DNA from: Acidimicrobiia bacterium
Lineage (GTDB): Bacteria > Actinomycetota > Acidimicrobiia > Spongiisociales > ZC4RG35
Assembly: GCA_965203555.1 (NCBI GenBank)
Contig: CBDBCY010000004.1
Location: forward strand, 1,376,001 to 1,440,000
Direction of reading: 5' to 3'
DNA: 64,000 nucleotides
Part shown: in pieces, positions 9,825-19,393 of the stretch
Layout: each line of letters begins with the position of its first letter
Numbering within the stretch: position 1 is the first letter of the stretch
Made by a program: the position numbers and the translations under genes
The notes under the pieces: generated by a model
Told to the model about the DNA's origin: nothing
Database searches by the model: none
What the model saw: only the letters and a program-made list of their open reading frames with translations

Positions 9825-11288
9825 TCATCCGCTCCCGGCCTCGGCGTCCGAACAAGATGCGGCGAGAACGCAGGGGTGAACCTCGATGATCGCCCGCAGA
9901 GGTAAATACCGAACGCCCCACTGCTCGGTGGATTCCTGCCCTTCCTGGCTGATGGTCCGGGTTACCCTCACTGTCCAGCCGTGCACCGCCGGCTGACGGT
10001 ATCTTCGCTGATCCACCGCCAACCTCGGATTGGCGCGATACAACGGTTCGGGCGGCGACCTCCAGTTGAGTCGCCTGGATACTTCGGCGGTCACCACTCT
10101 CGCTTGCGACCCTCCCGGCGTCACCACCTCCAATCGACCCTCCTTGTCCTTCCATTCCCCCACCACGAACCTGCCGTCGTTGTCACCGAAGAACTTCACG
10201 GTCAGAGACGTATCCGTGTACTCGGTCTTGATTATCACATTCCGGGAGGTGTCGTTCCGAAACACCAGGTCCAGGTACGGCCAGTTGATGGTGGCTTCTA
10301 TGCCCTCCGGATAGCGTGAGAAGTAGCTGCTGTGGGGCTTGTGCTCGACGTCCTGGTAACCACCCCAGAAGACCGCGTTGTAGAACGTGGTGGCGAATTG
10401 GCTTACCCCTCCCCCCACGGTGCTGACCAGCGTTCCGTTGATCAGGGTGCCCGCTCCCAGGAAACCCTTGCTCCTGGTCCGCTGCCCGACATGATCGTTG
10501 AGGCTGAAGGTCTCGCCGGGCGGCACCACCGCGCCGTCGACGGCATCGGCGAACAAATGGATGTTGGTCACCCGGGCATGGCAGCACGGGTGATGGGTGG
10601 TGTACTGTGAAACCAGGTGAAGGACTCCCTGACCGTCGGCGTCCTCTATGAATTCGATTGTGGGAACCAACTTAAGCGCCCGAGCGAGAAAAGTCGCCAT
10701 CTGGGCGCGGGTTACGGTACCTGCGGGACAGTACCTCGCCGGAGCCACGCCGCATCCCACGGTGATGCCCGAAGCGGCCAACGCGTTGATGTCCTCCTCG
10801 TGAGGATTGCCCGCCGTGTCGGCAAACCCGGCGGAGTCGGCCGGTTCGAGCGCAAAGGCGCGGGTCAGGAAACTGGCCATTTCGGCGCGGGTGACCGACT
10901 GGCTGGGGCAGTACATAAGGGGATCAACCTCACAACCCACGGTGATCCCCAACTCCGCGAGTCTCTCCACATAGCCCGCCCACCACGCGCCCTTCTCCAC
11001 GTCGGCGAAGATCGTAAACTCGGTTTCAGGGGGCGACTGACCGTCCACAGCCCGCACCAACCACACCGCCATCACCCAACGACTCAGCGGCTCGTCGGGG
11101 CAAAATGCTCCCTCGGCGCACCCGGTGTCGGCAAGAATGCCGTCGGCTTCGAGCGCCTCCACAGCTGCCGCGTGCGGCCCCGCCGCAGCGACGTCGGCGA
11201 AATCAGACACGCGGGCGGCGGCAGGCGGTAGCGCCGTTGTCGCCACGACAACGGACACCAAAATCAAATTAATGGAGAAACGAAACAT
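9825..11288 (-). CDS. Secreted protein with three SLH domains and a VanW domain
   Basis: Signal peptide; three F.D...C..YCP...TRA.MA SLH repeats; VGGGVSQFATT.YNA, HKPHS, EATI and DLVFRND VanW motifs. Confidence 0.85.
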   Translation of the reverse strand: MFRFSINLILVSVVVATTALPPAAARVSDFADVAAAGPHAAAVEALEADGILADTGCAEGAFCPDEPLSRWVMAVWLVRAVDGQSPPETEFTIFADVEKGAWWAGYVERLAELGITVGCEVDPLMYCPSQSVTRAEMASFLTRAFALEPADSAGFADTAGNPHEEDINALAASGITVGCGVAPARYCPAGTVTRAQMATFLARALKLVPTIEFIEDADGQGVLHLVSQYTTHHPCCHARVTNIHLFADAVDGAVVPPGETFSLNDHVGQRTRSKGFLGAGTLINGTLVSTVGGGVSQFATTFYNAVFWGGYQDVEHKPHSSYFSRYPEGIEATINWPYLDLVFRNDTSRNVIIKTEYTDTSLTVKFFGDNDGRFVVGEWKDKEGRLEVVTPGGSQARVVTAEVSRRLNWRSPPEPLYRANPRLAVDQRRYRQPAVHGWTVRVTRTISQEGQESTEQWGVRYLPLRAIIEVHPCVLAASCSDAEAGSG

Positions 11289-11686
11289 TTCCTAAACCTT
11301 CAACTAGAGGTTTATATTCTTGTGCAACAGGAGACTATACCTAAAGACTCGCGAAAAACCCCTGCCGTTACAGATATCGTGCCGTTTTACTCCCGAATAT
11401 CGCGAAAAACGCCGCCGAATGACGGGAAAAGACCGGGACTGGGAGATAATCAACTCAGGAGATCGATACCTCTGGGTAAGGTGAATACCGACCAGCCTTG
11501 CCTTTTGACAAGGGAGCGAAGTAAGAAACCTACGGTGCCGGACCTCATCGGAAAGGGTTTTTCCAAGCCGAAACCAATCCGATCGCCTCTTCCGTGCATT
11601 TCGCCTCCCGCCTCTCTTCGCTAGATTCACATCCGACCCCCGCCGGGCGGCCCAGCATCCACCCACCATCGCAGAAACGTAGCCCC

Positions 11687-12943
11687 ATGAGACATCCCCC
11701 GGAAAAACCCCTCGCTCCACACCCCGCCGGGAACCCGATTCCCTGGGCCGTGGTCCTGGCCGGGGCGGCCATCGCCTTCCTGGTAATGGGGACCCGCCAG
11801 ACATTCGGCATCTTCTTGACGGCGGTGACCGAAGAACTGGGGTCGGGACGGGAACCCTACAGCTTGGCGGTGGCCATCCTCAGTCTCCTGATGGGTGTCC
11901 CCGCCGGCGGCTACCTGGCTGATCGGTTCAACCCTCGCTGGGTGCTGTTGAGCTTTTCCGTGATCTTTGGGATCGCCATGCTGGGGGTTGCCCGTCTCTC
12001 ATCCGCGGCCGGTCTGCTGTTCTTTTTGGGGATACTGGGAGGAATCGGTTTCAGCGGAGTGTCTCTGGCGCTGGTAATGGGCGCGGTGGGCAAACTGGTT
12101 CCGGCGCACCGCCGGTCATCGATGCTGGGGGTGATAACGGCCGGCGCCTCGGTGGGGATGTTCCTGACCGTGCCGATCGCCCAGGTGGGCCGTGAAGAGA
12201 TCGGATGGCGATGGAGCTTTGGCGTCATCGCCGTTTCGGGCCTGCTCATCGCGGCCCTGGCGTTCTTCTTTCCCGGACGCGGCGGTGGGGCGCCCCACAG
12301 CGAGGACGCGGTTGACGAGACATTCGTGGAGACTCTCCGCAACGCTCGGCGCAACCGAAGCTACCTGCTGCTCATCTCCGGATTCTTCGTCTGCGGGTTT
12401 CACGTCAGCTTCATAGCGATCCATCTTCCCGCCTACCTGACCGACAGCGGGCTCAGCGGCCGCGTGGCGTCCCTGGCTTTGGCGATGATCGGACTGTTCA
12501 ACATCATCGGCTCGCCCTTTTTCGGACGATTGGGAGACAGCTATCGAAAACGCACCCTGCTTTCGGTGCTCTACGGCCTCCGGGGGGTGCTGATGGTCGC
12601 CTTACTGCTGGCGCCTCTGACTCCGTTCACCGCCATCCTGTTCGGCGCCGCCATGGGACTGGTGTGGCTGGGCACCGTTCCCCTCACCTCGGCCACCGTG
12701 GCTCACCTACTGGGTGCCCGCTACCTGACCACCATGTTCGGACTGGTGTTCTTCTCCCACCAGGTGGGAGGGTTCCTGGGGGTGTGGCTGGGAGGACGGG
12801 TATTCGACGCCACCGGCTCCTACCTTCCGATCTGGCTGATCGCCATCGGCCTGGCCGCCGCCGCAGTGCTTATCCATCTCCCCATCCAGGATCAGAGCCG
12901 GGTATTGCGGGCCGCACCCGCCGTGGCGGAAGCGAAGACGTGA
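11687..12943 (+). CDS. MFS transporter
   Basis: About 12 hydrophobic segments; GYLADRF, FFVCGFH and FFSHQVG motifs. Confidence 0.9.
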   Translation: MRHPPEKPLAPHPAGNPIPWAVVLAGAAIAFLVMGTRQTFGIFLTAVTEELGSGREPYSLAVAILSLLMGVPAGGYLADRFNPRWVLLSFSVIFGIAMLGVARLSSAAGLLFFLGILGGIGFSGVSLALVMGAVGKLVPAHRRSSMLGVITAGASVGMFLTVPIAQVGREEIGWRWSFGVIAVSGLLIAALAFFFPGRGGGAPHSEDAVDETFVETLRNARRNRSYLLLISGFFVCGFHVSFIAIHLPAYLTDSGLSGRVASLALAMIGLFNIIGSPFFGRLGDSYRKRTLLSVLYGLRGVLMVALLLAPLTPFTAILFGAAMGLVWLGTVPLTSATVAHLLGARYLTTMFGLVFFSHQVGGFLGVWLGGRVFDATGSYLPIWLIAIGLAAAAVLIHLPIQDQSRVLRAAPAVAEAKT

Positions 12944-12947
12944 CGGG

Positions 12948-14195
12948 GTGACCGTCACGCCCTCCGGGGTGCCCGACGCCGGCCCGGAGAAACTTGGCGC
13001 CGCCGCCTCATCTCGGATCCCGTGGGCGATGGTGCTGGCCGGGGCGGTGATCGGTCTGTTGTCCATGGGGATTCGCCAGTCGCTGGGGGTGTTCCTCCTG
13101 GCGGTCTCTGAGGACCTGGGACCGGGACGGGAGCCGTTCAGCCTGGCGGTGGCGGTGCTCAGCTTCCTGATGGGTTTGCCGGTTGCCGGGTACCTGGCGG
13201 ACCGCTACGACCACCGACGGGTCCTCTGGGTGTGCTCTCTCCTCTACGGCGGGGCCATGGTGATGGTCTCCCAACTCCACTCCTCGGCGGGCCTGGTGCT
13301 CTATCTGGGGGTGGTGGCGGGCCTCGGCACCAGCGGCCTGTCCTTCGGCGTGCTGATGGGCGCCGTGGGAAGGCTGGTGCCCGTGGATCGGCGGTCGGCG
13401 ATGATGGGAGTGGTTGCGGCCGGAACCTCGATGGGAATGCTGCTGGTGGCGCCCGCCGCCCAGTTCGGCCTGGAGGCATTCGGCTGGCGGGCTTCGTTCG
13501 CCACCATGGGGGCTGTGGTCCTGGTCATGAGTTCCCTGGCGTTCCTGTTTCCCCGCCAGGCGACCATGCAGGCCGCACAGGACGGATTCATCGACGAGCC
13601 CTTTTCCGTCGCCGTGCGCAAGGCCCGCCGGAACCGGAGCTACCTGCTGCTCACCGCCGGTTTCTTCGTGAACGGGTTCCACATCGGGATGATCGTCACC
13701 CATCTTCCCGCCTATCTGATAGACGGAGGGATATCCGGGACGGTGGCATCGGTGGTGCTGGCGGTGATCGGCGGAATCAACGTTTTCAGCTCACCCCTGT
13801 TCGGGCGGCTGGGCGACAGGCTGCGCAAACGAAACCTGCTGATGCTCATCTACGGGACGAGGGCCGTGCTGATCGCCGCGCTGCTGATCCTTCCCCTCAG
13901 CACGGCGACGGCCCTCGGGTTCGGCGTCTGCATCGGGGTGATGTGGATGGGTGCGGTGCCGCTGACCTCGGCCACGGTAGCTCATCTGCTGGGCGCCCGT
14001 TACCTCTCGGCACTCTTCGGCGTGGTCTTCTTCTCCCACCAGATCGGCGCCTCCATAGGAGGATGGCTGCCCGGCCGGGTGTTCGACGCCACCGGCTCCT
14101 ACCTGCCGGTCTGGCTGCTGGCCATCGGGCTCTCGGTGGCGGCCTTCTTCATCCACCTCCCCATCCGGGACCGAGGCGCCGCCGCCGGAGGCTAG
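12948..14195 (+). CDS. MFS transporter, tandem paralog
   Basis: Collinear and closely similar to the upstream MFS. Confidence 0.9.
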   Translation: MTVTPSGVPDAGPEKLGAAASSRIPWAMVLAGAVIGLLSMGIRQSLGVFLLAVSEDLGPGREPFSLAVAVLSFLMGLPVAGYLADRYDHRRVLWVCSLLYGGAMVMVSQLHSSAGLVLYLGVVAGLGTSGLSFGVLMGAVGRLVPVDRRSAMMGVVAAGTSMGMLLVAPAAQFGLEAFGWRASFATMGAVVLVMSSLAFLFPRQATMQAAQDGFIDEPFSVAVRKARRNRSYLLLTAGFFVNGFHIGMIVTHLPAYLIDGGISGTVASVVLAVIGGINVFSSPLFGRLGDRLRKRNLLMLIYGTRAVLIAALLILPLSTATALGFGVCIGVMWMGAVPLTSATVAHLLGARYLSALFGVVFFSHQIGASIGGWLPGRVFDATGSYLPVWLLAIGLSVAAFFIHLPIRDRGAAAGG

Positions 14196-14329
14196 GGTGT
14201 CCCCCCACAACCGTCACCTCGCCACAGGATCCTTGCGTTCGGCCCTCGGATGAGAGGCACGCCGCTGCTCCGTGCGGCGTGGTCAAGGGCATAAGTCAAC
14301 ATGGTATGGAACGCCCGGGTGGAACCCAC

Positions 14330-14570
14330 CCAGTTCCATTCGTCCCGGCGGCCCCGCAGGGTAGTGTCCGACACCCGCCCGCCCATCAGTCGTTCGGTGG
14401 TCACCCATGAACAACCGGTCACCAACCGGATCAGAATCCTCTCGAAACACACCCGATCCCGAATGCGGGGGTTGTGGCATCCCAGCGGATGGGTGTCCTC
14501 CCGTTCCGGTAACCGGCCTTTCACCGCTTCCCACACCATTTCCACCACTTTTAGGATCAAGCGCACGCAT
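14330..14570 (-). pseudogene. Truncated, frameshifted IS5-family transposase
   Basis: MRALDP then a shift in an A-run to VVEMVWEAV...HPLGCHNPRI.DRVCF..IL.RLVTGCSW...SDTTLR.RRDEW; no DDE domain follows. Confidence 0.75.
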
Positions 14571-14734
14571 AATTAGAGTCCTCCACCAGTTGGGGGTTGA
14601 GATTACAACTCCGTATCAAAACGGAGCCAACACCTCAACTGGTGGATTTACACCTACCCGCGAGGCCCTAAGGCACCCATCGGTAAAAGATTTAGTGTTT
14701 TTTTTTGACAGGTTGGTGATGTTGGGGGGTGTTT

Positions 14735-14756
14735 TGTCACACCGGTTTGGCATGCT
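14735..14756 (+). promoter_or_regulatory. RecA-NDp/PafBC-like promoter of the DUF222-HNH gene
   Basis: TGTCAC-N10-CATGCT, 6 nt before ATG 14763. Confidence 0.65.
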
Positions 14757-14762
14757 GTGTTC

Positions 14763-15983
14763 ATGGTTAGAACAGCAGTGAAGGGGCGGGTCGTCAACGA
14801 GATCGAGGTGGTCTTGCCGAACCTGTCGGTGGGCGATGCCACCTTGGAACAGTTACAGGATCGGTTGGTTTCCACTTTCCGAGCCGAGAACCAGGCGGCT
14901 GCGGTCCGTGCGGAGACGTTGGCGGAGTTAACCCGCCGAGAAGGAGCTCATTTGACGGAGAACACCCTCCGGGAGGCGGGTTTGCGACCCCGCCGCAAGG
15001 CCCGCTCCGAGGTAGAGACCGCCAAAGAACTAGAAGAGCTACCCAAGACATCAGAGGGCCTGCGCGAGGGGAAGATCCCCTATGACAACGCCCGTATCCT
15101 GGCCAGGGCCTCCCAACGGGGAGAGATAGACGAGAACGACCTGGTGCCCAAGGCTCGCACCCAGCCTCCGGACAAGTTCGCGGGAACGGTCCGTAAGTAT
15201 GAGCAGGAGCGGTCCGAAGATGATGGTGTGTCGCGCCTGGAGCATCAGAAGTCCCGGCGGTATGCCAAGATCCGCACCGACCTGAACGATGGCATGACGG
15301 TGTTGTACGGTCGGTTCGATCCTCTCACGGGTGCTCTCCTCGAGACCGCTCTGTCACAGAAGATGAACGAACTATGGCGTGAAGAAGACCCCCGTGCGAG
15401 GCGGACCCCCGGCCAACGGATGGCCGATGCCCTGGCGGGGTTGGTCACCCGAGAAGACACCGACGAAGAAAACAGTAGCCCGAGGGGGCCGAGGTTGTTG
15501 CTGATCGCCGACTACGACGTGGTCTCCCGGGAGCTACGCAACGGACGCCTCGGCGACGGGACCCCCATCCCCGTGGAAAAGATCCGGGACCTGGCCTGCC
15601 AATCCGACATTTTGCCCGGGATCTTCCGCGGGGTGTCACAACCATTGGACCTGGGACGGTCACGACGGACCGCCAGCGCCGCCCAACGCACAGCTCTCAT
15701 AGCCCGGGACAAGGCGTGTGTGGGATGCGGCGCCACCTCGAACTGGTGTCAGGCCCATCACATAGTCCCGTGGGCAATACAGGGCAACACCGACCTCGAC
15801 GATATGTGTTTGTTGTGCTCCCGCTGTCACCACAAGGTCCACGACGACCAATGGGTCGTGCGCCGGTCACCAACCGGCAAATACTCACTCCGACCGCCCC
15901 TGAAACACCACCGGAGAACACGCACCCGCAACAAAACCCAATACCGACGACACCCCCGGAGCGGCTTCAAACAACGAAAATGA
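14763..15983 (+). CDS. DUF222 (13E12-like) protein with C-terminal HNH endonuclease
   Basis: QRMADAL, LACQS, PLDLGRSRR...QRTALIARDKACVGC, CQAHHI.PW..G.TDLD...LCSRCHHKVH. Confidence 0.88.
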   Translation: MVRTAVKGRVVNEIEVVLPNLSVGDATLEQLQDRLVSTFRAENQAAAVRAETLAELTRREGAHLTENTLREAGLRPRRKARSEVETAKELEELPKTSEGLREGKIPYDNARILARASQRGEIDENDLVPKARTQPPDKFAGTVRKYEQERSEDDGVSRLEHQKSRRYAKIRTDLNDGMTVLYGRFDPLTGALLETALSQKMNELWREEDPRARRTPGQRMADALAGLVTREDTDEENSSPRGPRLLLIADYDVVSRELRNGRLGDGTPIPVEKIRDLACQSDILPGIFRGVSQPLDLGRSRRTASAAQRTALIARDKACVGCGATSNWCQAHHIVPWAIQGNTDLDDMCLLCSRCHHKVHDDQWVVRRSPTGKYSLRPPLKHHRRTRTRNKTQYRRHPRSGFKQRK

Positions 15984-15999
15984 ATCACTTGTCACAGGC

Positions 16000-16221
16000 T
16001 GTGAAAAAACAAGCGCCAAGAGGTTGATTACGTCCCACCAACAGCCCACACTGAAAGAAGCTAAACACCAAGACAGTTCGCTCAGACGTCAAGGGAACCG
16101 TCAAAGGGATCAAAGGGTCCACCGCCCCAATAGCCACACCCCAGGCTGCCCGGAACGCGACCGACCCACGGAAAGGTGGTGGCGGGGGAGGGAACCCATA
16201 ATTGGGGATCACAATTTCGCG
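16000..16221 (+). ncRNA. Dispersed promoter plus structured-RNA element, copy A, immediately 3' of the HNH gene
   Basis: TGTGAAAAAA; CGTCCC-N10-CACACT; CTAAACACCA; GTTC/GAAC stem around GACGTC; GGGATCAAA; GGGTC/GACCC stem; GGTGGTGGCGGGGGAGGGAACCC; ATTTCGCG. Confidence 0.6.
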
Positions 16222-16328
16222 ATTTTTCTGCCGTGATCGCGGATTGGCTGATCGTCCGGCCATCCTGCCGCAGACCGCTCGTCCGGCATTTACTCCTTGC
16301 CCGGGTCGTTCGCCCGAAACAGGGCCGG

Positions 16329-17333
16329 CTAAATGGTTCCGATCTGCACGGGGCCGCCGTTGTCGTGGGAACATTGGGCGGCCTCGGCCAGCGCCAGAGC
16401 AGCATATCCGTCCCTCCCGGTGGCGGCGGCCGAATTCTCTCCCCCTCGGACCAGCGCCAGGAACTCCTGCCACTGTCGCAGGTAGGACTCCTGGTAGCGC
16501 TCGATGAAGAAGTGGTGGAGCGCCGGTGTGGAGAACCCGCCGGCGGTGGCCAGACGGGTTTGCCGCGCCGGTGGGTCCACCGAGGCGATCTGGCCCTTCG
16601 ACCCGTTCACCTCGATGCGTTGCTCGTACCCGTACGCGGCGGCCCGGCTGTTCACGATCAGGCCCAATGCGCCGCTTTCATAGCGAAGGGAGATGAACGC
16701 CAGGTCCACGTCACCCAACTCCCCCGCCTCGGGGATGACCAGGCTGGTGGCGGTGACATTGACCTCCACCACCTCCTCGCCCAGCAGGTACCGCGCCATG
16801 TCGAAGTCGTGGATGGCCATGTCCCGGAACAGTCCTCCCGACACCGGCAGATAGTCGGCGGGCGGGGGCGCCGGATCCCGGCTGATTATCAACACCTGCC
16901 AGGGGGTCCCGATCTCACCCCGGACGATGCCGTCCCGCACCGCCCGGTGCCCGGGGTCGAGGCGGCGGTTGAAGCCCACCACCAGGGGGATCCCGGCCGT
17001 TTCGGCTGCCTCCACCGCCTCGGCGGCCTCGGCCAGGTCCAGGGAGATCGGCTTCTCGCAGAAGGCGGCGATCCCCGCCCGGGCGGCCATCTTGATGTAG
17101 CGGGGATGGGTGGGGGTGGAGGAACAGATCGCCACCGCGTCTATCCCCGACTCGAACAATGCGGCCTCGTCCTCCACGGTCCGCACACCCGTCTCCACCT
17201 CCGCCCGGCGAGCGACCTCGGGGACCGGTTCGTAGAGCGCGGCCAACTCCGCGCCGTCCACAAACCGGGAAAGAAGACCGGCGTGCATGGCGCCGATCCT
17301 GCCGTATCCGATCAGCCCGACCCTAAGGGTCAT
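16329..17333 (-). CDS. iolG: Inositol 2-dehydrogenase-like Gfo/Idh/MocA oxidoreductase
   Basis: GLIGYGRIG, CEKPIS, GFNRRLD, SGGLFRDMAIHDFD and YGYEQRIE motifs. Confidence 0.8.
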   Translation of the reverse strand: MTLRVGLIGYGRIGAMHAGLLSRFVDGAELAALYEPVPEVARRAEVETGVRTVEDEAALFESGIDAVAICSSTPTHPRYIKMAARAGIAAFCEKPISLDLAEAAEAVEAAETAGIPLVVGFNRRLDPGHRAVRDGIVRGEIGTPWQVLIISRDPAPPPADYLPVSGGLFRDMAIHDFDMARYLLGEEVVEVNVTATSLVIPEAGELGDVDLAFISLRYESGALGLIVNSRAAAYGYEQRIEVNGSKGQIASVDPPARQTRLATAGGFSTPALHHFFIERYQESYLRQWQEFLALVRGGENSAAATGRDGYAALALAEAAQCSHDNGGPVQIGTI

Positions 17334-17398
17334 CTCGTCTCCTCTTCCTGCCGGTCACCGAGGCCTCGGCGCGCGCCAGGGTTTCTCGTCTGGGTTCG

Positions 17399-18259
17399 TC
17401 AGTCCTCGGCCACCACCGGGTTGCGGAGCACCCCCAGCCCGTCGATGTCCACCTCGGCCACATCCCCAGGCCGCAGCCAGCGGGGAGGAGTGCGGGCCAT
17501 TCCCACACCCGGCGGGGTGCCGGTGGCGATCACGTCGCCGGTCTCGAGCATCATCACCGAACTCAACTCGGCGATGAGGGTGGGGATGTCGAAGATCATG
17601 TCCCTGGTGTTGGCCTCCTGGAGGGTCTCACCGCTCACCCGGCAGCGAATGCCCAGGTTGTGCGGGTCGGGGACCTCGTCGGCGGTGACCAAAGCCGGGC
17701 CCATCGGCGAGAAGGTGTCGAAATTCTTGCCGAGGGTCCACTGGGAAGTGCGCATCTGGTAGTCGCGAGCCGAGACGTCGTGGAAAGGCAGGTACCCGAC
17801 CACATGGTCATAGGCGCGCTCGGGCGGGACATTCCTCCCCGGCGCTCCGATCACCACCCCGAGTTCGGCTTCGTAGTCCACCTTCCGGCTGATCCTGGGC
17901 AGCACGATCGGCGCGTCCGGTCCTACGATGGTGGTGGAATACTTGGCGAACACGATCACATTCTCGGGAGGTTCGTTGCCCGTCTCCCGGGCATGAGCGG
18001 CGTAGTTCTCGCCGATCCCGAACATCTTGGGCGGGTTGAGGATCGGCGCCAACAGCTCGATCTCGTCATCGCCCAACCTTGCGCCGCTGAAACCGGCCAC
18101 CGCCGCGGCGGCACGCTCCAGCGCCTGCGGCCCCCCTTCCAGCAGCGCCACCATCTCGGTGGGGAGTCCGGCGTCGGCCTGGCTGAGATCCACCACGCCG
18201 TCGGCGGTCTGGGCACCGATCCTGGTGGTTCCGGCTTGTTTGAATGTCACTAAACGCAT
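17399..18259 (-). CDS. Fumarylacetoacetate hydrolase family protein
   Basis: NYAAHARE, VDYEAELGVVIG, DVSARD, GKNFDTF and TGTPPGVG motifs. Confidence 0.9.
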   Translation of the reverse strand: MRLVTFKQAGTTRIGAQTADGVVDLSQADAGLPTEMVALLEGGPQALERAAAAVAGFSGARLGDDEIELLAPILNPPKMFGIGENYAAHARETGNEPPENVIVFAKYSTTIVGPDAPIVLPRISRKVDYEAELGVVIGAPGRNVPPERAYDHVVGYLPFHDVSARDYQMRTSQWTLGKNFDTFSPMGPALVTADEVPDPHNLGIRCRVSGETLQEANTRDMIFDIPTLIAELSSVMMLETGDVIATGTPPGVGMARTPPRWLRPGDVAEVDIDGLGVLRNPVVAED

Positions 18260-18360
18260 GGCCCCTCACTTTACCTGCCCTGTTCCCCCCTCCCGCCAAC
18301 GGTTCCGGCCCTTCGGGCGCCATCCTGACGAGGGGCGGGACGGGATTAAGATAGACCGGC

Positions 18361-19386
18361 ATGAACGAGATGCGTTCCCTGCTCTTTCATGGCCCGGAGC
18401 AGCCTCCCGAGCGCCGGTTCACCGTCGAGAAGGCGCCGATACCCGAGCCCGGACCGGGCGAGGTCCGGATCCGGATTGCCAGGGTGGGCCTGTGCGGCAG
18501 CGACCTGCACGGCTACACCGGCGAATCGGGCCGGAGGGTGGCCGGAATGGTGATGGGACACGAGGCCAGCGGTTGGATAGACGCCCTGGGCGAGGGCGTT
18601 TCGGGTCCCGCTCCGGGTACCCACGTCACTTTCAATCCGGCCCTGCCGTGCAACGGCGCCTGCGGCCACGCCATAGAGAGCCGCTGCGAATTGCTGGAGG
18701 TGGTGGGGGTGACCCCCCACATCGCCGGGGCATTCGCCGATTATCTGGTGATCGGCGCCGGTCGGGTGGTCCCCATCCCGGATCTCACCCCGGAGCAGGG
18801 AGCGGTGATCGAGCCGATGGCGGTGGGACTGCATGCCGCCAACCAACTGGGCGCCACACCGGATGACCGTGTGCTGGTGGTGGGCGGGGGGATGATCGGA
18901 CAGGTCACCGCCCATGCCATCCGATCCCTCGGGGCGGGCGAGATAGTGATCTCCGAACCCCACCCGAGGAGGCGCGAGATCGCCGAAGCCGCCGGATTCA
19001 CAACTCTCCACCCCGATGAGGTCCAGGCCAACGGCCCCTTCGACCGGGCGATGGACGCGGTGGCGATCTCGGCCACGGTGAGCGCCGCGCTCGACGCGGT
19101 CCCCAAAGGGGGCGTGGTGTGCATCGTCGGCCTGGGGATGCCCCAGGTGACCATCCCGCTCTTCTCGATCGTGGTGGGGGAGCGAATCGTGGTGGGCTCC
19201 TACTGCTACTCGGACGCCACCTTCATCGAGACCGCCCGGAGGCTGTCGGACGGCAGCCTCGATCCGGCGGCCCTGATCGGACCCACGGTGAGCATGGAGG
19301 ACTTCCCCCAGGCCTTCGAGGGACTGGCCACCGGCGCCATCTCCGAAGTGAAGGTGTTGATGACCACCGGCCCGGCCTCCAACTAG
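18361..19386 (+). CDS. Zinc-dependent MDR alcohol/sugar dehydrogenase
   Basis: GLCGSDLH, GHEASG, Cys cluster and VVGGGMIG motifs. Confidence 0.88.
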   Translation: MNEMRSLLFHGPEQPPERRFTVEKAPIPEPGPGEVRIRIARVGLCGSDLHGYTGESGRRVAGMVMGHEASGWIDALGEGVSGPAPGTHVTFNPALPCNGACGHAIESRCELLEVVGVTPHIAGAFADYLVIGAGRVVPIPDLTPEQGAVIEPMAVGLHAANQLGATPDDRVLVVGGGMIGQVTAHAIRSLGAGEIVISEPHPRRREIAEAAGFTTLHPDEVQANGPFDRAMDAVAISATVSAALDAVPKGGVVCIVGLGMPQVTIPLFSIVVGERIVVGSYCYSDATFIETARRLSDGSLDPAALIGPTVSMEDFPQAFEGLATGAISEVKVLMTTGPASN

Positions 19387-19393
19387 GGAAACC

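Noticed and set aside
11349-11412. Two CGCGAAAAAC motifs resembling the cassette 5' end
   Set aside because: Not followed by the promoter or hairpin blocks; probably part of the divergent promoter region
16176-17762. Long antisense ORFs (also 24021-26213, 40142-42319, 48435-50339 and 59235-60965)
   Set aside because: Shadow frames opposite well-supported genes in high-GC DNA, with no recognisable motifs
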